Assembly: GCA_028689675.1 (NCBI GenBank)
Contig: JAQVCS010000012.1
Coordinates: 8,382-72,381 of the forward strand
Length of the DNA: 64,000 nucleotides
From: Desulfovibrionaceae bacterium
GTDB taxonomy: Bacteria; Desulfobacterota; Desulfovibrionia; Desulfovibrionales; Desulfovibrionaceae
Reading direction: 5' to 3'
Shown: positions 31,452 to 41,325 of the stretch, piece by piece
Layout of the letters: each line of letters begins with the position of its first letter
Position numbering within the stretch: the first letter of the stretch is position 1
Notes under the pieces: generated by a model
Database searches by the model: none
Seen by the model: the letters and a program-made list of their open reading frames with translations, nothing else
What the model was told of the DNA's origin: nothing
Translations under genes and position numbers: made by a program

Positions 31452-31987
31452 TGCTTGACGCACACGCAACCACAATACTTGCTGTCCGCGTGAACGACAC
31501 TGTTGCCATTGGCGGCGATGGGCAGGTCACCCTTGGGCAAAGCATTGTTATGAAGCATGGCGCAAAAAAAATTCGCCGCCTCTATAAAGGGCAGATTGTT
31601 GCTGGTTTTGCAGGTGCAACGGCAGACGCCTTTACGCTGTTTGAATTATTTGAAGCCAAGCTAGAAGAAAGACGCGGAAACTTGGTGCAGGCCGCTGTGG
31701 AATTTGCCAAAGATTGGCGCAAAGATAAATATTTGCGCAAGCTGGAAGCTATGCTACTCTTGGCCGATAAAGAACACATTCTGCTGCTTACTGGCACAGG
31801 TGATGTTATTGAGCCTGATGACAATGTGGCTTCTATTGGCAGCGGTGGGCCTTATGCACTTTCAGCTGCGCGTGCTCTGGTGCGCAACACAAATCTTGAC
31901 GCAGAAGCAGTTGTCAGGCAATCTATGGCCATTGCAGCAGAAATTTGCGTGTTCACCAATGACCATCTTACTGTAGAAACGCTGTAA
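31451..31987 (+). CDS. hslV: ATP-dependent protease subunit HslV
   Basis: TTILAV...GGDGQVT..., [10 protein letters not shown] match HslV. The start overlaps the upstream stop by 1 nt. Confidence 0.92.
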   Translation: MLDAHATTILAVRVNDTVAIGGDGQVTLGQSIVMKHGAKKIRRLYKGQIVAGFAGATADAFTLFELFEAKLEERRGNLVQAAVEFAKDWRKDKYLRKLEAMLLLADKEHILLLTGTGDVIEPDDNVASIGSGGPYALSAARALVRNTNLDAEAVVRQSMAIAAEICVFTNDHLTVETL

Positions 31988-31989
31988 CC

Positions 31990-32874
31990 ATGAATGAATT
32001 TGCCCCTGAAAGCCTGCGGGCTGGCTGTAAAATTAATATCAGCCTGCGCATTGTGGGAAAAAGAGCCGATGGCTACCATGAGCTAGACTCTGTGTTTTGC
32101 CCTGTGCGCTGCCCCGCAGACAAGCTGCACCTTGGCATGGGGCAGGGGCAAGGTTTGCACCTGCGCTTTTCTGGCTTAGGGGCAAAGGGCATAGACTGCC
32201 AGCACAATACAGTAAGTAAAGCATATGCGGCCTTTAGCGCCGCCACAGGCTATGCCCCCCCCTTGCATTTGCATGTAGAAAAGGCTATACCCAGTGGCGC
32301 TGGTTTGGGCGGGGGCAGCAGCGATGCCGCCAGCCTGCTCTTGTGGCTGAATAAGCATGCACCACAGGCTTTGCCGCCTGCGGCTTTGGCTGCGGTGGCC
32401 TTGCGCATTGGTGCTGATGTGCCCTTTTTTTTGTATAATCGCCCCTGCCGTGTGCGCGGCATAGGCGAGCAGCTTTTGCCCTGCACAGTTGAGGCTTTGT
32501 ATGGCAAAAGCTTAGTGTTGCTGTGCCCCCCTGTGCATGTTGCCACAGCGCTGGCATATCAAGCTTGGGATGCCCTGCCCCAGAAAAAAAGTTGTGCGAA
32601 AAACTTGACAACTTCTCAAAATGGGGCTAAGCACACTAACTCTTGTGGTGATTATCTCGTTAACGATTTTGAGCGAGCTATTTTTCCGCAATATCCGCAA
32701 CTGGCAGCGTTGAAACAAAGCCTTCTTCAGCAGGGGGCATACGCCGCAGTAATGAGCGGAAGCGGCTCGAGCATAGCTGGTTTTTTTGCCAGTCAGGCCA
32801 AGGCCGAGGCGGCGGCGCAATCCTTTGCCGACGTCAATGTTTTTTTGCAGCATGATTTCCTTGTTGGGGTGTAG
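31990..32874 (+). CDS. ispE: 4-diphosphocytidyl-2-C-methyl-D-erythritol kinase
   Basis: GHMP kinase motif PSGAGLGGGSSDAA and an N-terminal KINISLRI pattern. Confidence 0.9.
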   Translation: MNEFAPESLRAGCKINISLRIVGKRADGYHELDSVFCPVRCPADKLHLGMGQGQGLHLRFSGLGAKGIDCQHNTVSKAYAAFSAATGYAPPLHLHVEKAIPSGAGLGGGSSDAASLLLWLNKHAPQALPPAALAAVALRIGADVPFFLYNRPCRVRGIGEQLLPCTVEALYGKSLVLLCPPVHVATALAYQAWDALPQKKSCAKNLTTSQNGAKHTNSCGDYLVNDFERAIFPQYPQLAALKQSLLQQGAYAAVMSGSGSSIAGFFASQAKAEAAAQSFADVNVFLQHDFLVGV

Positions 32875-32939
32875 CCAAGCGGTAAGGCAACGGATTTTGA
32901 TTCCGTCATTCGAAGGTTCGAGCCCTTCCACCCCAGCCA
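32865..32939 (+). tRNA. tRNA-Gln (anticodon UUG), CCA encoded
   Basis: TGGGGTGTAGCCAAGCGGTAAGGCA-ACGGA-TTTTGAT-TCCGT...AAGGTTCGAGCCCTT-CCACCCCA-G-CCA. It overlaps the last 10 nt of ispE. Confidence 0.93.
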
Positions 32940-32993
32940 TTTTTTTTGCATTTTCATTGCTGTAGAACGCAGTATGACAAGCGAGGCATAGAA

Positions 32994-33941
32994 ATGTTCA
33001 GCGATCTCAAGATCGTGACTGGTTCTTCCAATCCGGAACTGGCCAAGGCAATTTGCGACCATCTGGGTTGTCAGCTTACACCAACCCTCGCAACCACGTT
33101 CAGCGATGGCGAGTTGCGTATTGAAATAGGCGATAATGTGCGTGGCGACGACGTTTTTGTTGTGCAGCCTACCTGCCCGCCCAATGTTAATACCAATGTT
33201 TTGCAGCTCTGCCTGATGCTTGATGCCCTAAAGCGCGCCAGTGCCGCCCGCATTACTGCGGTCATTCCCTATTTTGGCTATGCCCGTCAAGACCGCAAGG
33301 TGTGCCCCCGCGCGCCCATCAGCGCTAAAATGATTTCAGACTTCATCAGTGTTGCTGGCGCAGAGCGCGTGGTAACTGTTGATGTGCATGCTGGGCAGAT
33401 TCAGGGCTTTTTTGATTGCCCTGTGGACAATTTATATTCCGCTCCTGTCATGATAGACCATTTCCGCCATTTGCCCGCTGAAGAGCTTGTTATTGTGTCT
33501 CCTGATGCTGGCGGTGTTGAGCGCGCCCGTGCTTTTGCCAAGCGCCTTAATGCCACCTTAGCCATTGTGGACAAACGCCGCGACAAGCCTAATCAGGCAC
33601 AGGCCATGCATGTTATTGGTGATGTGCAGGGAAAAATTGCCGTTATCGTTGATGACATGATTGATACTGCTGGCACATTATGCGCAGCCGCCGATGTGCT
33701 GATGAAAAATGGCGCCAAGCAAATTATCGCTTGCGCGGCGCATGGGGTGCTTTCTGGGCCTGCTATAGACCGCATAAATGCCTCCACCGCCCTGAGCAAG
33801 GTGCTTATTACAGACACCATCCCGCAGGGTGAAAAAATGGCACGCTGCCCCAAAATAGAAGTGGCTTCTGTAGCTTCTTTGCTGGGCAAAACCATTCATA
33901 ACATCCATACGGGTTCTTCCGTAAGCGTTCTTTTTGTCTAA
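32994..33941 (+). CDS. prs: Ribose-phosphate pyrophosphokinase
   Basis: LKIVTGSSNPELA..., DGE..I.I...VRG.DVFV.Q and the PRPP loop VDDMIDTAGT. Confidence 0.95.
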   Translation: MFSDLKIVTGSSNPELAKAICDHLGCQLTPTLATTFSDGELRIEIGDNVRGDDVFVVQPTCPPNVNTNVLQLCLMLDALKRASAARITAVIPYFGYARQDRKVCPRAPISAKMISDFISVAGAERVVTVDVHAGQIQGFFDCPVDNLYSAPVMIDHFRHLPAEELVIVSPDAGGVERARAFAKRLNATLAIVDKRRDKPNQAQAMHVIGDVQGKIAVIVDDMIDTAGTLCAAADVLMKNGAKQIIACAAHGVLSGPAIDRINASTALSKVLITDTIPQGEKMARCPKIEVASVASLLGKTIHNIHTGSSVSVLFV

Positions 33942-34034
33942 TCTGCGCTGCCTTGTGCAGGGTTGATTCACAGGTAACTACGTCAATTTTCAGCTGCGCC
34001 CCTGTCGGCTTGCGGCATGATAAAGGAGAGGATC

Positions 34035-34619
34035 ATGAGCATTGAAAAGACTTTGTCTGTTAAAAAGCGCGAAGGCCTTGGCAAGGGCAGCAACCGCCGT
34101 CTGCGTGTTGAAGGCTTGGTGCCTGGCGTGTTTTATGCTGCCGATGGCAAGAATATTGCCGTGCAGTCCGAAACCTTGCCGCTTGAAAAAATATATGCAG
34201 AAATGAGCACCACTGGCGTGTTCAATTTAGAAATTGAAGGCGAGGGCACCTTCCCCGCCATGTTCTGGCAGGTGCAAAAGCACCCCTACAAGCGCCAGTT
34301 CAGCCATATCGACTTTTTTGGCGTTGATTTGGAAAAAGAAATCAAGGTCAAAGTGCCTGTAGAATTTGTTGGTACTTCCAAGGGCGTTAAGCTGGGCGGC
34401 CGTTTAGAAACCTACCGCGAAGTGCTGCTGCTCAAGGCAAAGCCCATGGATATGCCCCAGAAGATTACTGTTGATATTTCCGACATGGGCATCAACACCA
34501 CTATCATGGTTTCCGATATTGTGCTGCCCGCCAATGTTTCTGCCGTTTACGACCGTTCTTTTGCCATGGTAAGCGTGCTTTCCAAAGACAAGAGCTTGGA
34601 AGAAGGCGAACCCAAGTAA
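34035..34619 (+). CDS. rplY: 50S ribosomal protein L25 / general stress protein Ctc
   Basis: R...GKG..RRLR..G..PGV.Y pattern and a two-domain length. The ATG follows AAAGGAGAGG. Confidence 0.9.
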   Translation: MSIEKTLSVKKREGLGKGSNRRLRVEGLVPGVFYAADGKNIAVQSETLPLEKIYAEMSTTGVFNLEIEGEGTFPAMFWQVQKHPYKRQFSHIDFFGVDLEKEIKVKVPVEFVGTSKGVKLGGRLETYREVLLLKAKPMDMPQKITVDISDMGINTTIMVSDIVLPANVSAVYDRSFAMVSVLSKDKSLEEGEPK

Positions 34620-34756
34620 TTTTTTGCTTTGTTTGCTATGCAGGTCGGTTTCTTATCAGAGACCGACCTGTTTTTTTATATACACTTGGGGCAACCATAA
34701 TGCACATCCCTTCCTGTTTGCTCAAGCTGTTCAGGCAGCGCCCTTTGGAGGAAAGT

Positions 34757-35362
34757 ATGGAATACACAGGTCTTCTTGCTGGCCTTGGCAACCCCGGCAC
34801 GCAATACGCAGGCACACGCCACAATGTTGGCTTTGATTTTGTGGATATTTTTCTGCATAAAGCCGAGCGCGAGGGCTCTGTGGCCAGCCTTTCAGGCAGC
34901 AAGTTCAAATGCGAGCTTTGGAAGGTGCAGCACCCGCACTGGGGGCTGTGGCTTGTGTGCAAACCACAAACATTTATGAACCTATCTGGCGAAAGCGTGC
35001 AGCCTCTGCTGGCATGGCATAAAATACAGCCAGCACAGCTTGTGGTGGTGCACGACGAGCTGGACATACCCGCAGGCGAAGTACGCTTTAAGGTGGGCGG
35101 GGGCAATGCTGGGCACAATGGCCTAAAATCTATCACCCAAATGCTGGGCACGCCCGATTTTGCCCGCTTGCGCGTGGGCATTGGCCGCCCCGCCAGCAAG
35201 GGCGATGTAACACATTGGGTGCTGGGCAGGCCAGCCCCCGCAGACAGCCAAAGCATGGAACAAGGCTTTGCCACAGCCTTACAAACCTTGCTTACCTACT
35301 TTCGCGGTGATGCAGCCAGCGCAGCACGCTATGCTTTAAGCCACAAAAACAACCTAGCCTAA
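34757..35362 (+). CDS. pth: Peptidyl-tRNA hydrolase
   Basis: GLGNPG..Y..TRHNVGF, and HDELD.P.G..R.K.GGG..GHNGL. Confidence 0.94.
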   Translation: MEYTGLLAGLGNPGTQYAGTRHNVGFDFVDIFLHKAEREGSVASLSGSKFKCELWKVQHPHWGLWLVCKPQTFMNLSGESVQPLLAWHKIQPAQLVVVHDELDIPAGEVRFKVGGGNAGHNGLKSITQMLGTPDFARLRVGIGRPASKGDVTHWVLGRPAPADSQSMEQGFATALQTLLTYFRGDAASAARYALSHKNNLA

Positions 35363-35509
35363 ATAACTCAAGGTATCTGCAAAAAGAGGGAACTGGGGCT
35401 GGACTAATGCGCTCTTATTGGCTATCCTCAAAGAATAGTTCACCAGTATAAACCGCTAGCGGCAGCAAGCCAGCCTAATGTTGTTCCTTCTGCAAGAGTA
35501 CCCCTTATT

Positions 35510-36043
35510 ATGGCATCCCCTTCCACTCAGTTCCAGCCAGACGAGCTTGTTGTCTACCCTGCTCAAGGCGTGGGCGTTATTGATAAAATAGACCAGCAAG
35601 AAATTGGCGGCGCACAATGCGAATTTTACATTGTTCGCATTGTTTCCAATAATGTTACCCTTATGGTGCCTGTTAAAACAGCAAGCAATGTCGGCCTGCG
35701 CCACCTTATTAGCCAAGCCCAAGGGCTGGCTATACTTGAAGACCTGCAAGCTGATGTGCATCAGCTTATTTACACAGGGCAAAACTGGAACCGCCGCTTT
35801 CGCGAATATTCCGACAAGCTCCAAAGTACCGATTTGGCACAGGTTGCTTCTGTGCTTAGAGAGCTCTTGCTTATTGGCCGAGTGAAAGACCTGTCTTTTG
35901 GCGAAAAAAGGCTGCAAGAACAGGCCATGGCTCTGGTTATTGGTGAATTAGCACAGGTGCTTGACCAGCCAGAAGAAACATTGCGCGAGCGTATTGCAGC
36001 CTGCTACCAACCTGAAGCCCCTGCAGATACAGAAACTTCATAA
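35510..36043 (+). CDS. CarD/CdnL-family RNA-polymerase-binding transcription factor
   Basis: N-terminal Tudor-like motif (F...E.VVYPAQGVG.I......I.G....FY....) and a size of about 170 aa. Confidence 0.85.
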   Translation: MASPSTQFQPDELVVYPAQGVGVIDKIDQQEIGGAQCEFYIVRIVSNNVTLMVPVKTASNVGLRHLISQAQGLAILEDLQADVHQLIYTGQNWNRRFREYSDKLQSTDLAQVASVLRELLLIGRVKDLSFGEKRLQEQAMALVIGELAQVLDQPEETLRERIAACYQPEAPADTETS

Positions 36044-36221
36044 GCATTTTGTCTTTTTACTTGCATTTTGCCCTTTATTACGGTAAATGGCTTCAGCTTA
36101 TTATTATTCCTACTCTTTTTTCCTGCTTATATTGCCCTTGCAGGGGCTTCTTTATTATCTCACAGCAGACTGGATACCTATGCGTAAAAAGAAAACTGAA
36201 CCAGTGCTCTCTGAAAATGGC

Positions 36222-37472
36222 ATGAGCCTGACAGAGCTGAAGCATCGTAGTATGCAAGATCTTATGGAACTTGCTGAAGTTTACAATGTTGAAAATGCCA
36301 GCTCTATGCGCAAGCAAGAACTCATTTTTGCACTCTTGCAAAATTGTGCATCGCAAAATGGCTCTATCTATGGCGATGGTGTGCTGGAAATCTTACCCGA
36401 TGGTTTTGGCTTTTTGCGCTCCCCCTTGTGCAGCTATATGCCTGGGCCAGACGATATTTATGTTTCCCCTTCACAAATTCGCCGCTTCAGCCTGCGCAAA
36501 GGGGATGTGGTTTCAGGGCAAATACGCCCCCCCAAAGAAGGGGAACGCTATTTTGCGCTGCTCAAGGTAACAGAAATAGGGTTTGAACCACCCGAACATG
36601 CCAAAAACCTTGTTCTGTTTGACAACCTTACGCCTATTTACCCCAACAAGCAGCTCGTCATGGAAAATGGCGAAAAAAATCTTTCCAACCGCGTTATTGA
36701 CCTGATGGCACCTGTTGGTCTAGGGCAGCGCGGCATTATCGTTGCCCCCCCCCGCACTGGCAAAACCATGCTGCTGCAATCGCTGGCCAATGCTATCAAT
36801 GCCAACACCCCCAATGCCTACCTTATTGTGCTGCTTATTGACGAGCGCCCTGAAGAAGTAACGGATATGGAGCGCTCGGTAAAAAATGCCGAAGTTATCA
36901 GCTCTACCTTTGATGAGCCGCCGCAGCGCCATGTGCAGGTATGTGAAATGGTGCTAGAAAAGGCAAAACGCCTTGTTGAGCGCAAGCGAGATGTTGTTAT
37001 TCTGCTTGATTCTATCACCCGCCTTGGGCGCGCCTATAATGCCGTCACCCCATCTTCGGGGCGCGTGCTTTCGGGCGGGCTGGATGCCAACGCCCTACAG
37101 CGCCCCAAGCGCTTTTTTGGCGCGGCACGCAATATTGAAGAAGGCGGCAGCCTCACCATTCTTGCCACAGCCCTTATAGACACGGGCTCGCGCATGGATG
37201 AAGTAATTTTTGAAGAATTCAAGGGCACGGGCAATATGGAAATATTCCTTGACCGTCACCTTTCCGAAAAGCGCGTCTTCCCTGCCATTGACATCAACCG
37301 CACAGGCACACGCAAAGAAGATTTGCTGCTGTCTGAAGAAGTGCTTAACCGAGTGTGGATTTTGCGCAAAATTCTTGCCCCCATGTCTTCTATTGACAGT
37401 ATGGACTTCTTGCTGGACAAAATGCGCGCCACCAAGAGCAATAAAGACTTTATGAACGCCATGGGCAAATAA
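36222..37472 (+). CDS. rho: Transcription termination factor Rho
   Basis: MSLTELK...[12 protein letters not shown] aligns with the E. coli Rho N-terminus. Walker A PPRTGKT is present. The ORF is open upstream to 36087 and an ATG at 36180 is an alternative start. Confidence 0.92.
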   Translation: MSLTELKHRSMQDLMELAEVYNVENASSMRKQELIFALLQNCASQNGSIYGDGVLEILPDGFGFLRSPLCSYMPGPDDIYVSPSQIRRFSLRKGDVVSGQIRPPKEGERYFALLKVTEIGFEPPEHAKNLVLFDNLTPIYPNKQLVMENGEKNLSNRVIDLMAPVGLGQRGIIVAPPRTGKTMLLQSLANAINANTPNAYLIVLLIDERPEEVTDMERSVKNAEVISSTFDEPPQRHVQVCEMVLEKAKRLVERKRDVVILLDSITRLGRAYNAVTPSSGRVLSGGLDANALQRPKRFFGAARNIEEGGSLTILATALIDTGSRMDEVIFEEFKGTGNMEIFLDRHLSEKRVFPAIDINRTGTRKEDLLLSEEVLNRVWILRKILAPMSSIDSMDFLLDKMRATKSNKDFMNAMGK

Positions 37473-37491
37473 AAGCCGCTATTTTTAGCAT

Positions 37492-37527
37492 AAAAAAAGG
37501 TGATACCAATGCGTATCACCTTTTTTT
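37492..37527. terminator. Bidirectional rho-independent terminator between rho and the convergent aminotransferase gene
   Basis: A7, aggtgatac, a 6-nt loop, gtatcacct, then T7. Confidence 0.88.
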
Positions 37528-37565
37528 ATTGAGCACATTCTGCTTTACCATTGCCCCAGCAAACA

Positions 37566-37664
37566 TACAGAAATTTTGTTTGCTGGCAAGGAAGCCGCGG
37601 CTTGTATGCAGGCAGTACAATGAACTCGACCAGAATAAAAGCTGAAGTCTCACGCGCCGCCAGC
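37566..37664 (-). repeat. Copy B of the roughly 99-nt intergenic element (inverted relative to copy A)
   Basis: The reverse complement aligns with 3170..3268. The blocks gcttttattctggtcgagt and caagccgcggcttccttgccagcaaacaaaat are almost identical. Confidence 0.7.
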
Positions 37665-37688
37665 GGGCAAAAAAACGTACTGGTAAGC

Positions 37689-38834
37689 CTAGCCCCTGCT
37701 GGCGGCATACAGCCCAAGGCGGCGCACGGCTTCCTGCAAATTTTCTAAAGAATTGGCATACGAAATACGTAAAAAGCCCTCGCTTTGTGTGCCAAAATCA
37801 ATGCCCGGGGTAATACCAATATGTGCCTTTTCTAAAATATCAAAGGCTAGTGGCAGAGATTCTTTACCCAAATGCCGCGCATTCACCAGCATATAAAATG
37901 CCCCGCAAGGCTCTACGGGAATGCTGAAGCCTATTTCTGGCAAAGCCCTCAGCAAATAGCGCCTGCGCTCATCATACACAGCCCGCATGCGCGCCACATC
38001 GGCATCGGCATAGCGCAATGCGGCCAAGCCTGCCTGCTGCACAGCAGGGTTGGCAGAAATAAAGAAATTCTGCATCAAAGCCTGCAAGGGGCGCACCATA
38101 GCCTGCGGCACTATCAAATAGCCCAAGCGCCAGCCCGTCATTGCCCATGCTTTAGAAAAGCCCCCAATCACCACGGCATTGTCTGTATATTCCAAAATAC
38201 AATGCTCGGGCGCTGTGCCATAGGTCAGGCCATGATAAATTTCATCAGAAATCACCAGCAGCCCCAGCTCGGCCAGCCTTTGCATGCGCTTGGCTTCCAT
38301 CACAATGCCTGTGGGGTTGCAGGGGGAATTGATCATAATAGCCTTGGTGCGCGCTGTGCTGTGCTTTTGTATATCGCGAATGCGGTATAAAAAGCCTTCT
38401 GCCTCTTCGGTGGGGATGTAATGCGGCACCCCGCCAGCATAGCGGATAAAATTGGGGTAACAGGCATAGCAGGGGTTGGAAAGCAGCACTTCGTCCCCCT
38501 GCTCAAGCAAAGCAGAGAACAGCAGCATCATAGCTGGGGAAGAACCGGGAAAAATAATAATGCGCTCTGCCCCAACACGCACGCCATAGCGCTTGGCATA
38601 ATGGGCGGCAATGGCCTCGCGCAAATCAATATCCCCCATAGAATGGGTATAATGGGTCTGGCCTGCATCCAGCGCCGCCTTGCCCGCCGCGCAAATGCAC
38701 GCAGGCGTGGCAAAATCGGGCTCACCCAATTCAAGATGAATAACAGGGTAGCCTGCACGCTCCATTTGCTGTGCTTTTTCCAGCACTTCCATTGCCAAAA
38801 AAGGCTTCACAGCCTTAACCCTCTGTGCCAGCAT
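37689..38834 (-). CDS. Class I/II pyridoxal-phosphate-dependent aminotransferase (aspartate aminotransferase-like)
   Basis: PLP-lysine context GFSKAWAMTGWRLGY. The N-terminus MLAQRVKAVKPF.AMEV...A is typical of the family. Confidence 0.85.
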   Translation of the reverse strand: MLAQRVKAVKPFLAMEVLEKAQQMERAGYPVIHLELGEPDFATPACICAAGKAALDAGQTHYTHSMGDIDLREAIAAHYAKRYGVRVGAERIIIFPGSSPAMMLLFSALLEQGDEVLLSNPCYACYPNFIRYAGGVPHYIPTEEAEGFLYRIRDIQKHSTARTKAIMINSPCNPTGIVMEAKRMQRLAELGLLVISDEIYHGLTYGTAPEHCILEYTDNAVVIGGFSKAWAMTGWRLGYLIVPQAMVRPLQALMQNFFISANPAVQQAGLAALRYADADVARMRAVYDERRRYLLRALPEIGFSIPVEPCGAFYMLVNARHLGKESLPLAFDILEKAHIGITPGIDFGTQSEGFLRISYANSLENLQEAVRRLGLYAASRG

Positions 38835-38845
38835 TATGCTCTCTC

Positions 38846-39256
38846 CTAGTCTGCCCAAATAAAGGTAAACACCTGTTCAATATCAGGGTGCAGGCTTAAA
38901 TGCACAGGGCAGTAGCGGGTGCAGCGCTCAATAGAGGCCTTTTGCGCTGCTGTATAGTGCTGGGCTGGCATGGTTAGGCACACTTCCAGCCTGCCTATGC
39001 GGCGTGGTTCAGCATTCATAGACTTCTTCACAGAGGCCTTCATACCCTTCACATCAAGGTTATGCGCCTCTGCATACAGGGCAACAATGGTCATGGCGCA
39101 TGAGGCAAGCGCCGTTGCGCATAAATCGGTGGGGGAAAAACCTTCCCCCTTGCCTTGGTTATCGACAGGGGCATCTGTAATAAGGCGGCTGCCGCTGGCC
39201 TCGTGCACACAAGAAACATGCAAATCTCCACAATATTCTAAAGAAATAGCTGCCAT
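38846..39256 (-). CDS. OsmC-family peroxiredoxin-like protein
   Basis: Two conserved Cys contexts (SPTDLCATALASC and CTRYCPV) and a length of 136 aa. Confidence 0.8.
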   Translation of the reverse strand: MAAISLEYCGDLHVSCVHEASGSRLITDAPVDNQGKGEGFSPTDLCATALASCAMTIVALYAEAHNLDVKGMKASVKKSMNAEPRRIGRLEVCLTMPAQHYTAAQKASIERCTRYCPVHLSLHPDIEQVFTFIWAD

Positions 39257-39485
39257 AAGACCTCTAGCGGATACACCGCTGCGTAAAAAGAGTGAAAAAA
39301 ACTTGAATTACCGCTCAATGCGGCTTAAACTACGCGCTTAGCCATGCAGGCTACACAAAAGAGCGCCTTCTTGCAATGCCGTAAAAAGCTTGTACTTTTG
39401 CGCCTTGCCTTGACTTGACCTGTGTGCCCTCAACAGTACGCTGTACACGCAGCGGCAAAAAATAAGCAAAAGGATAGTTTTTGTT

Positions 39486-40112
39486 ATGAAAGAGCCCGTT
39501 CAGGCACTTATGCAGGCCTGTGCCTTATGCAACCAAAGGGCAGCCCTGCTGCACTCTATAGCACAAGAGGAAGAAAAACTTCCTGCACATTTTTTAGATG
39601 ATGCTACCTTTAAGCGGCGCTATTATGCCCAGCACGGCAATGCCTTTGTAGCAGGCCTGTGTTTTGTGCTGGGCTTTCTTGCGCCCACGCCTGTTATTGT
39701 GTGGCTTTTTCCTTACTTTCAGGGCGGTTTTGCCGCCCTTGCTGTGGTCTTGTGCACTATAGGCTGTGCCTTTGCGGGGCGGCAGGTCTATATTGGGCTT
39801 TTTCTTGCTCAGCATGCGCAAGCCCTAAAAGACTATCATAAATTCAAAGAAGCTGCCCTGCCCGCCCTGCCGTGGACAGAGCAAACTATTGATGGCCTGC
39901 GCGCCGAGCTTGCCACGCTAGAAAGCAGCATGCGCCAGCCCCATGCACAGTGCATACCAGAAGAATATTGGTATTTCGCCCCGATAATTGAAGAATTTGT
40001 ACGTAAGGGCAAGGCAAAAACATGGGAAGACGTTAAAGAAAGCCTCAAGCATGACCAGCGCTATGTGCAAAGCCCGCAGCGCAAAGCCATGGAGCAGGAG
40101 CAAAGGCTTTAA
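39486..40112 (+). CDS. Hypothetical membrane protein (two predicted TM segments)
   Basis: Hydrophobic stretches FVAGLCFVLGFLAPTPVIVWLF and FAALAVVLCTIGCAFAG. No recognisable family. Confidence 0.5.
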   Translation: MKEPVQALMQACALCNQRAALLHSIAQEEEKLPAHFLDDATFKRRYYAQHGNAFVAGLCFVLGFLAPTPVIVWLFPYFQGGFAALAVVLCTIGCAFAGRQVYIGLFLAQHAQALKDYHKFKEAALPALPWTEQTIDGLRAELATLESSMRQPHAQCIPEEYWYFAPIIEEFVRKGKAKTWEDVKESLKHDQRYVQSPQRKAMEQEQRL

Positions 40113-40217
40113 AAAATACTTGACTTTTCCCCGAATACAGGCATTGTGCGCAGAAGGCGCGAGCACTACTGTGGGGGTCGTGCCCATTTTGTTACATTTA
40201 TTTCGGAAAGGTTTTAT

Positions 40218-40511
40218 ATGGCTACTAAGTCTCTTTACGTTGGCAATCTCCCTTGGTCCGCTACAGAAGATGAAGTGCGTGAGCTCTTCAGCAACTATGG
40301 CGAAGTTTCATCTGTTAATCTCATTTCTGATCGTGAAACTGGCCGCGCCCGTGGCTTTGGTTTTGTGGAAATTGCCGCTGAAGACGCCCAGAACGCTGTT
40401 GAAGCGCTGGACAACTACAGCTTCAACGGTCGTAACCTGAAAGTGAACGAAGCACGCCCCCGCGAAGCTCGTGAGCCCCGCGCCCCCCGTCCCTATTCTT
40501 CTCGCTACTAA
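40218..40511 (+). CDS. RRM-type RNA-binding protein
   Basis: RNP2 LYVGNL and RNP1 RGFGFVE are followed by an Arg/Pro-rich tail. Confidence 0.9.
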   Translation: MATKSLYVGNLPWSATEDEVRELFSNYGEVSSVNLISDRETGRARGFGFVEIAAEDAQNAVEALDNYSFNGRNLKVNEARPREAREPRAPRPYSSRY

Positions 40512-40553
40512 GATTGCGGCCTGTTCAGGCTAATAAAAGAATTTGTTGTGCTG

Positions 40554-40590
40554 AAAGCCCCCTGCTGTAACAAAGCAGGGGGCTTTTTTA
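40554..40590 (+). terminator. Rho-independent terminator of the RRM gene
   Basis: agccccctgct, a loop, agcagggggct, then a T6 tract. Confidence 0.88.
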
Positions 40591-40825
40591 TGGGGCAACC
40601 TTGGTTATTGCTTGGGCTCATTGCGCATGATGGGGCACATAAGCCTTATGTCTGGGCAATAGGCATGGCGCAGGGCTTACACTATATCTCTGCACAGCAC
40701 ATTGTGCGTAGTGCTGTAACGTGGCACAGGCATAGCCACAGCTTTATAGTTTATGCTTGTGCCTAAGCACAGATTTTCTGCGCAGTGCGCAGGGCTAAAG
40801 CCTAGGCAGGCTTTTTGCACATGCC

Positions 40826-41206
40826 TTAGACGCGGTACAGGGTAAAGGGTATGCTGTGCAGCTCGCGGCTGTGCTCTTCTGTGCGCCCCAGTTCCCAGCG
40901 CATGGTGGAGGCATCCCAGCCAACAGCCTGCGCCACAGCCAAGGCCACAGCCCCCACTTGCAGCACAGGGTGGCGCTGAAAAACCTGCGGCAAGCCATAG
41001 GTCAAATTACAGGCAAGGCACTTGCCGGGGCGCTGGTGCAATTCAAAAGCAAGGTCTATTTCTTGCTCGTGCACAGAGCGGCACACAAGGCGAATGTCGT
41101 AAGCGCCCTCTTCTGCCCCGCCAAACAAAGCATCAAAAAAAGCATCCGCGCGAGAAGAAGGAAAAAAAGAATCTAATACTGCCTGATTCAGGGTGCTGTG
41201 GCTCAT
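40826..41206 (-). CDS. Hypothetical protein (126 aa)
   Basis: The ORF is in line with the upstream gluQ gene. The ATG at 41206 was chosen because the longer ORF overlaps gluQ. No family recognised. Confidence 0.45.
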   Translation of the reverse strand: MSHSTLNQAVLDSFFPSSRADAFFDALFGGAEEGAYDIRLVCRSVHEQEIDLAFELHQRPGKCLACNLTYGLPQVFQRHPVLQVGAVALAVAQAVGWDASTMRWELGRTEEHSRELHSIPFTLYRV

Positions 41207-41325
41207 GCCATCCTCGTTATGCAAGGCTATGCCGTGGTTAAAATTAGAGGAAAGGACGCTGTTACAGAAATAGTTTAGCCCGTGAGGGCATACAAGCCCC
41301 AGCGCGGCCAGCTCTTTTAAAAAGT

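Noticed and set aside
36087-36221. An extended Rho N-terminus ([18 protein letters not shown]...).
   Set aside because: The hydrophobic peptide is unlike any Rho. MSLTELK at 36222 aligns with the canonical Rho start, and the upstream part is more plausibly the rho leader. The ATG at 36180 remains a minor alternative.
37575-37600. A possible sigma-54 promoter (TGGCAAGGAAGCCGC, with GG and GC at the correct 12-nt spacing) inside copy B of the intergenic element.
   Set aside because: The -12 element is CCGC rather than TTGC. The equivalent position in copy A reads TA instead of GC, so the motif is not conserved across copies. No gene lies downstream in that orientation.
40548-40766. A 72-aa ORF downstream of the RRM gene.
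   Set aside because: It starts inside the rho-independent terminator hairpin (40554-40590). It has no RBS and no similarity to anything.
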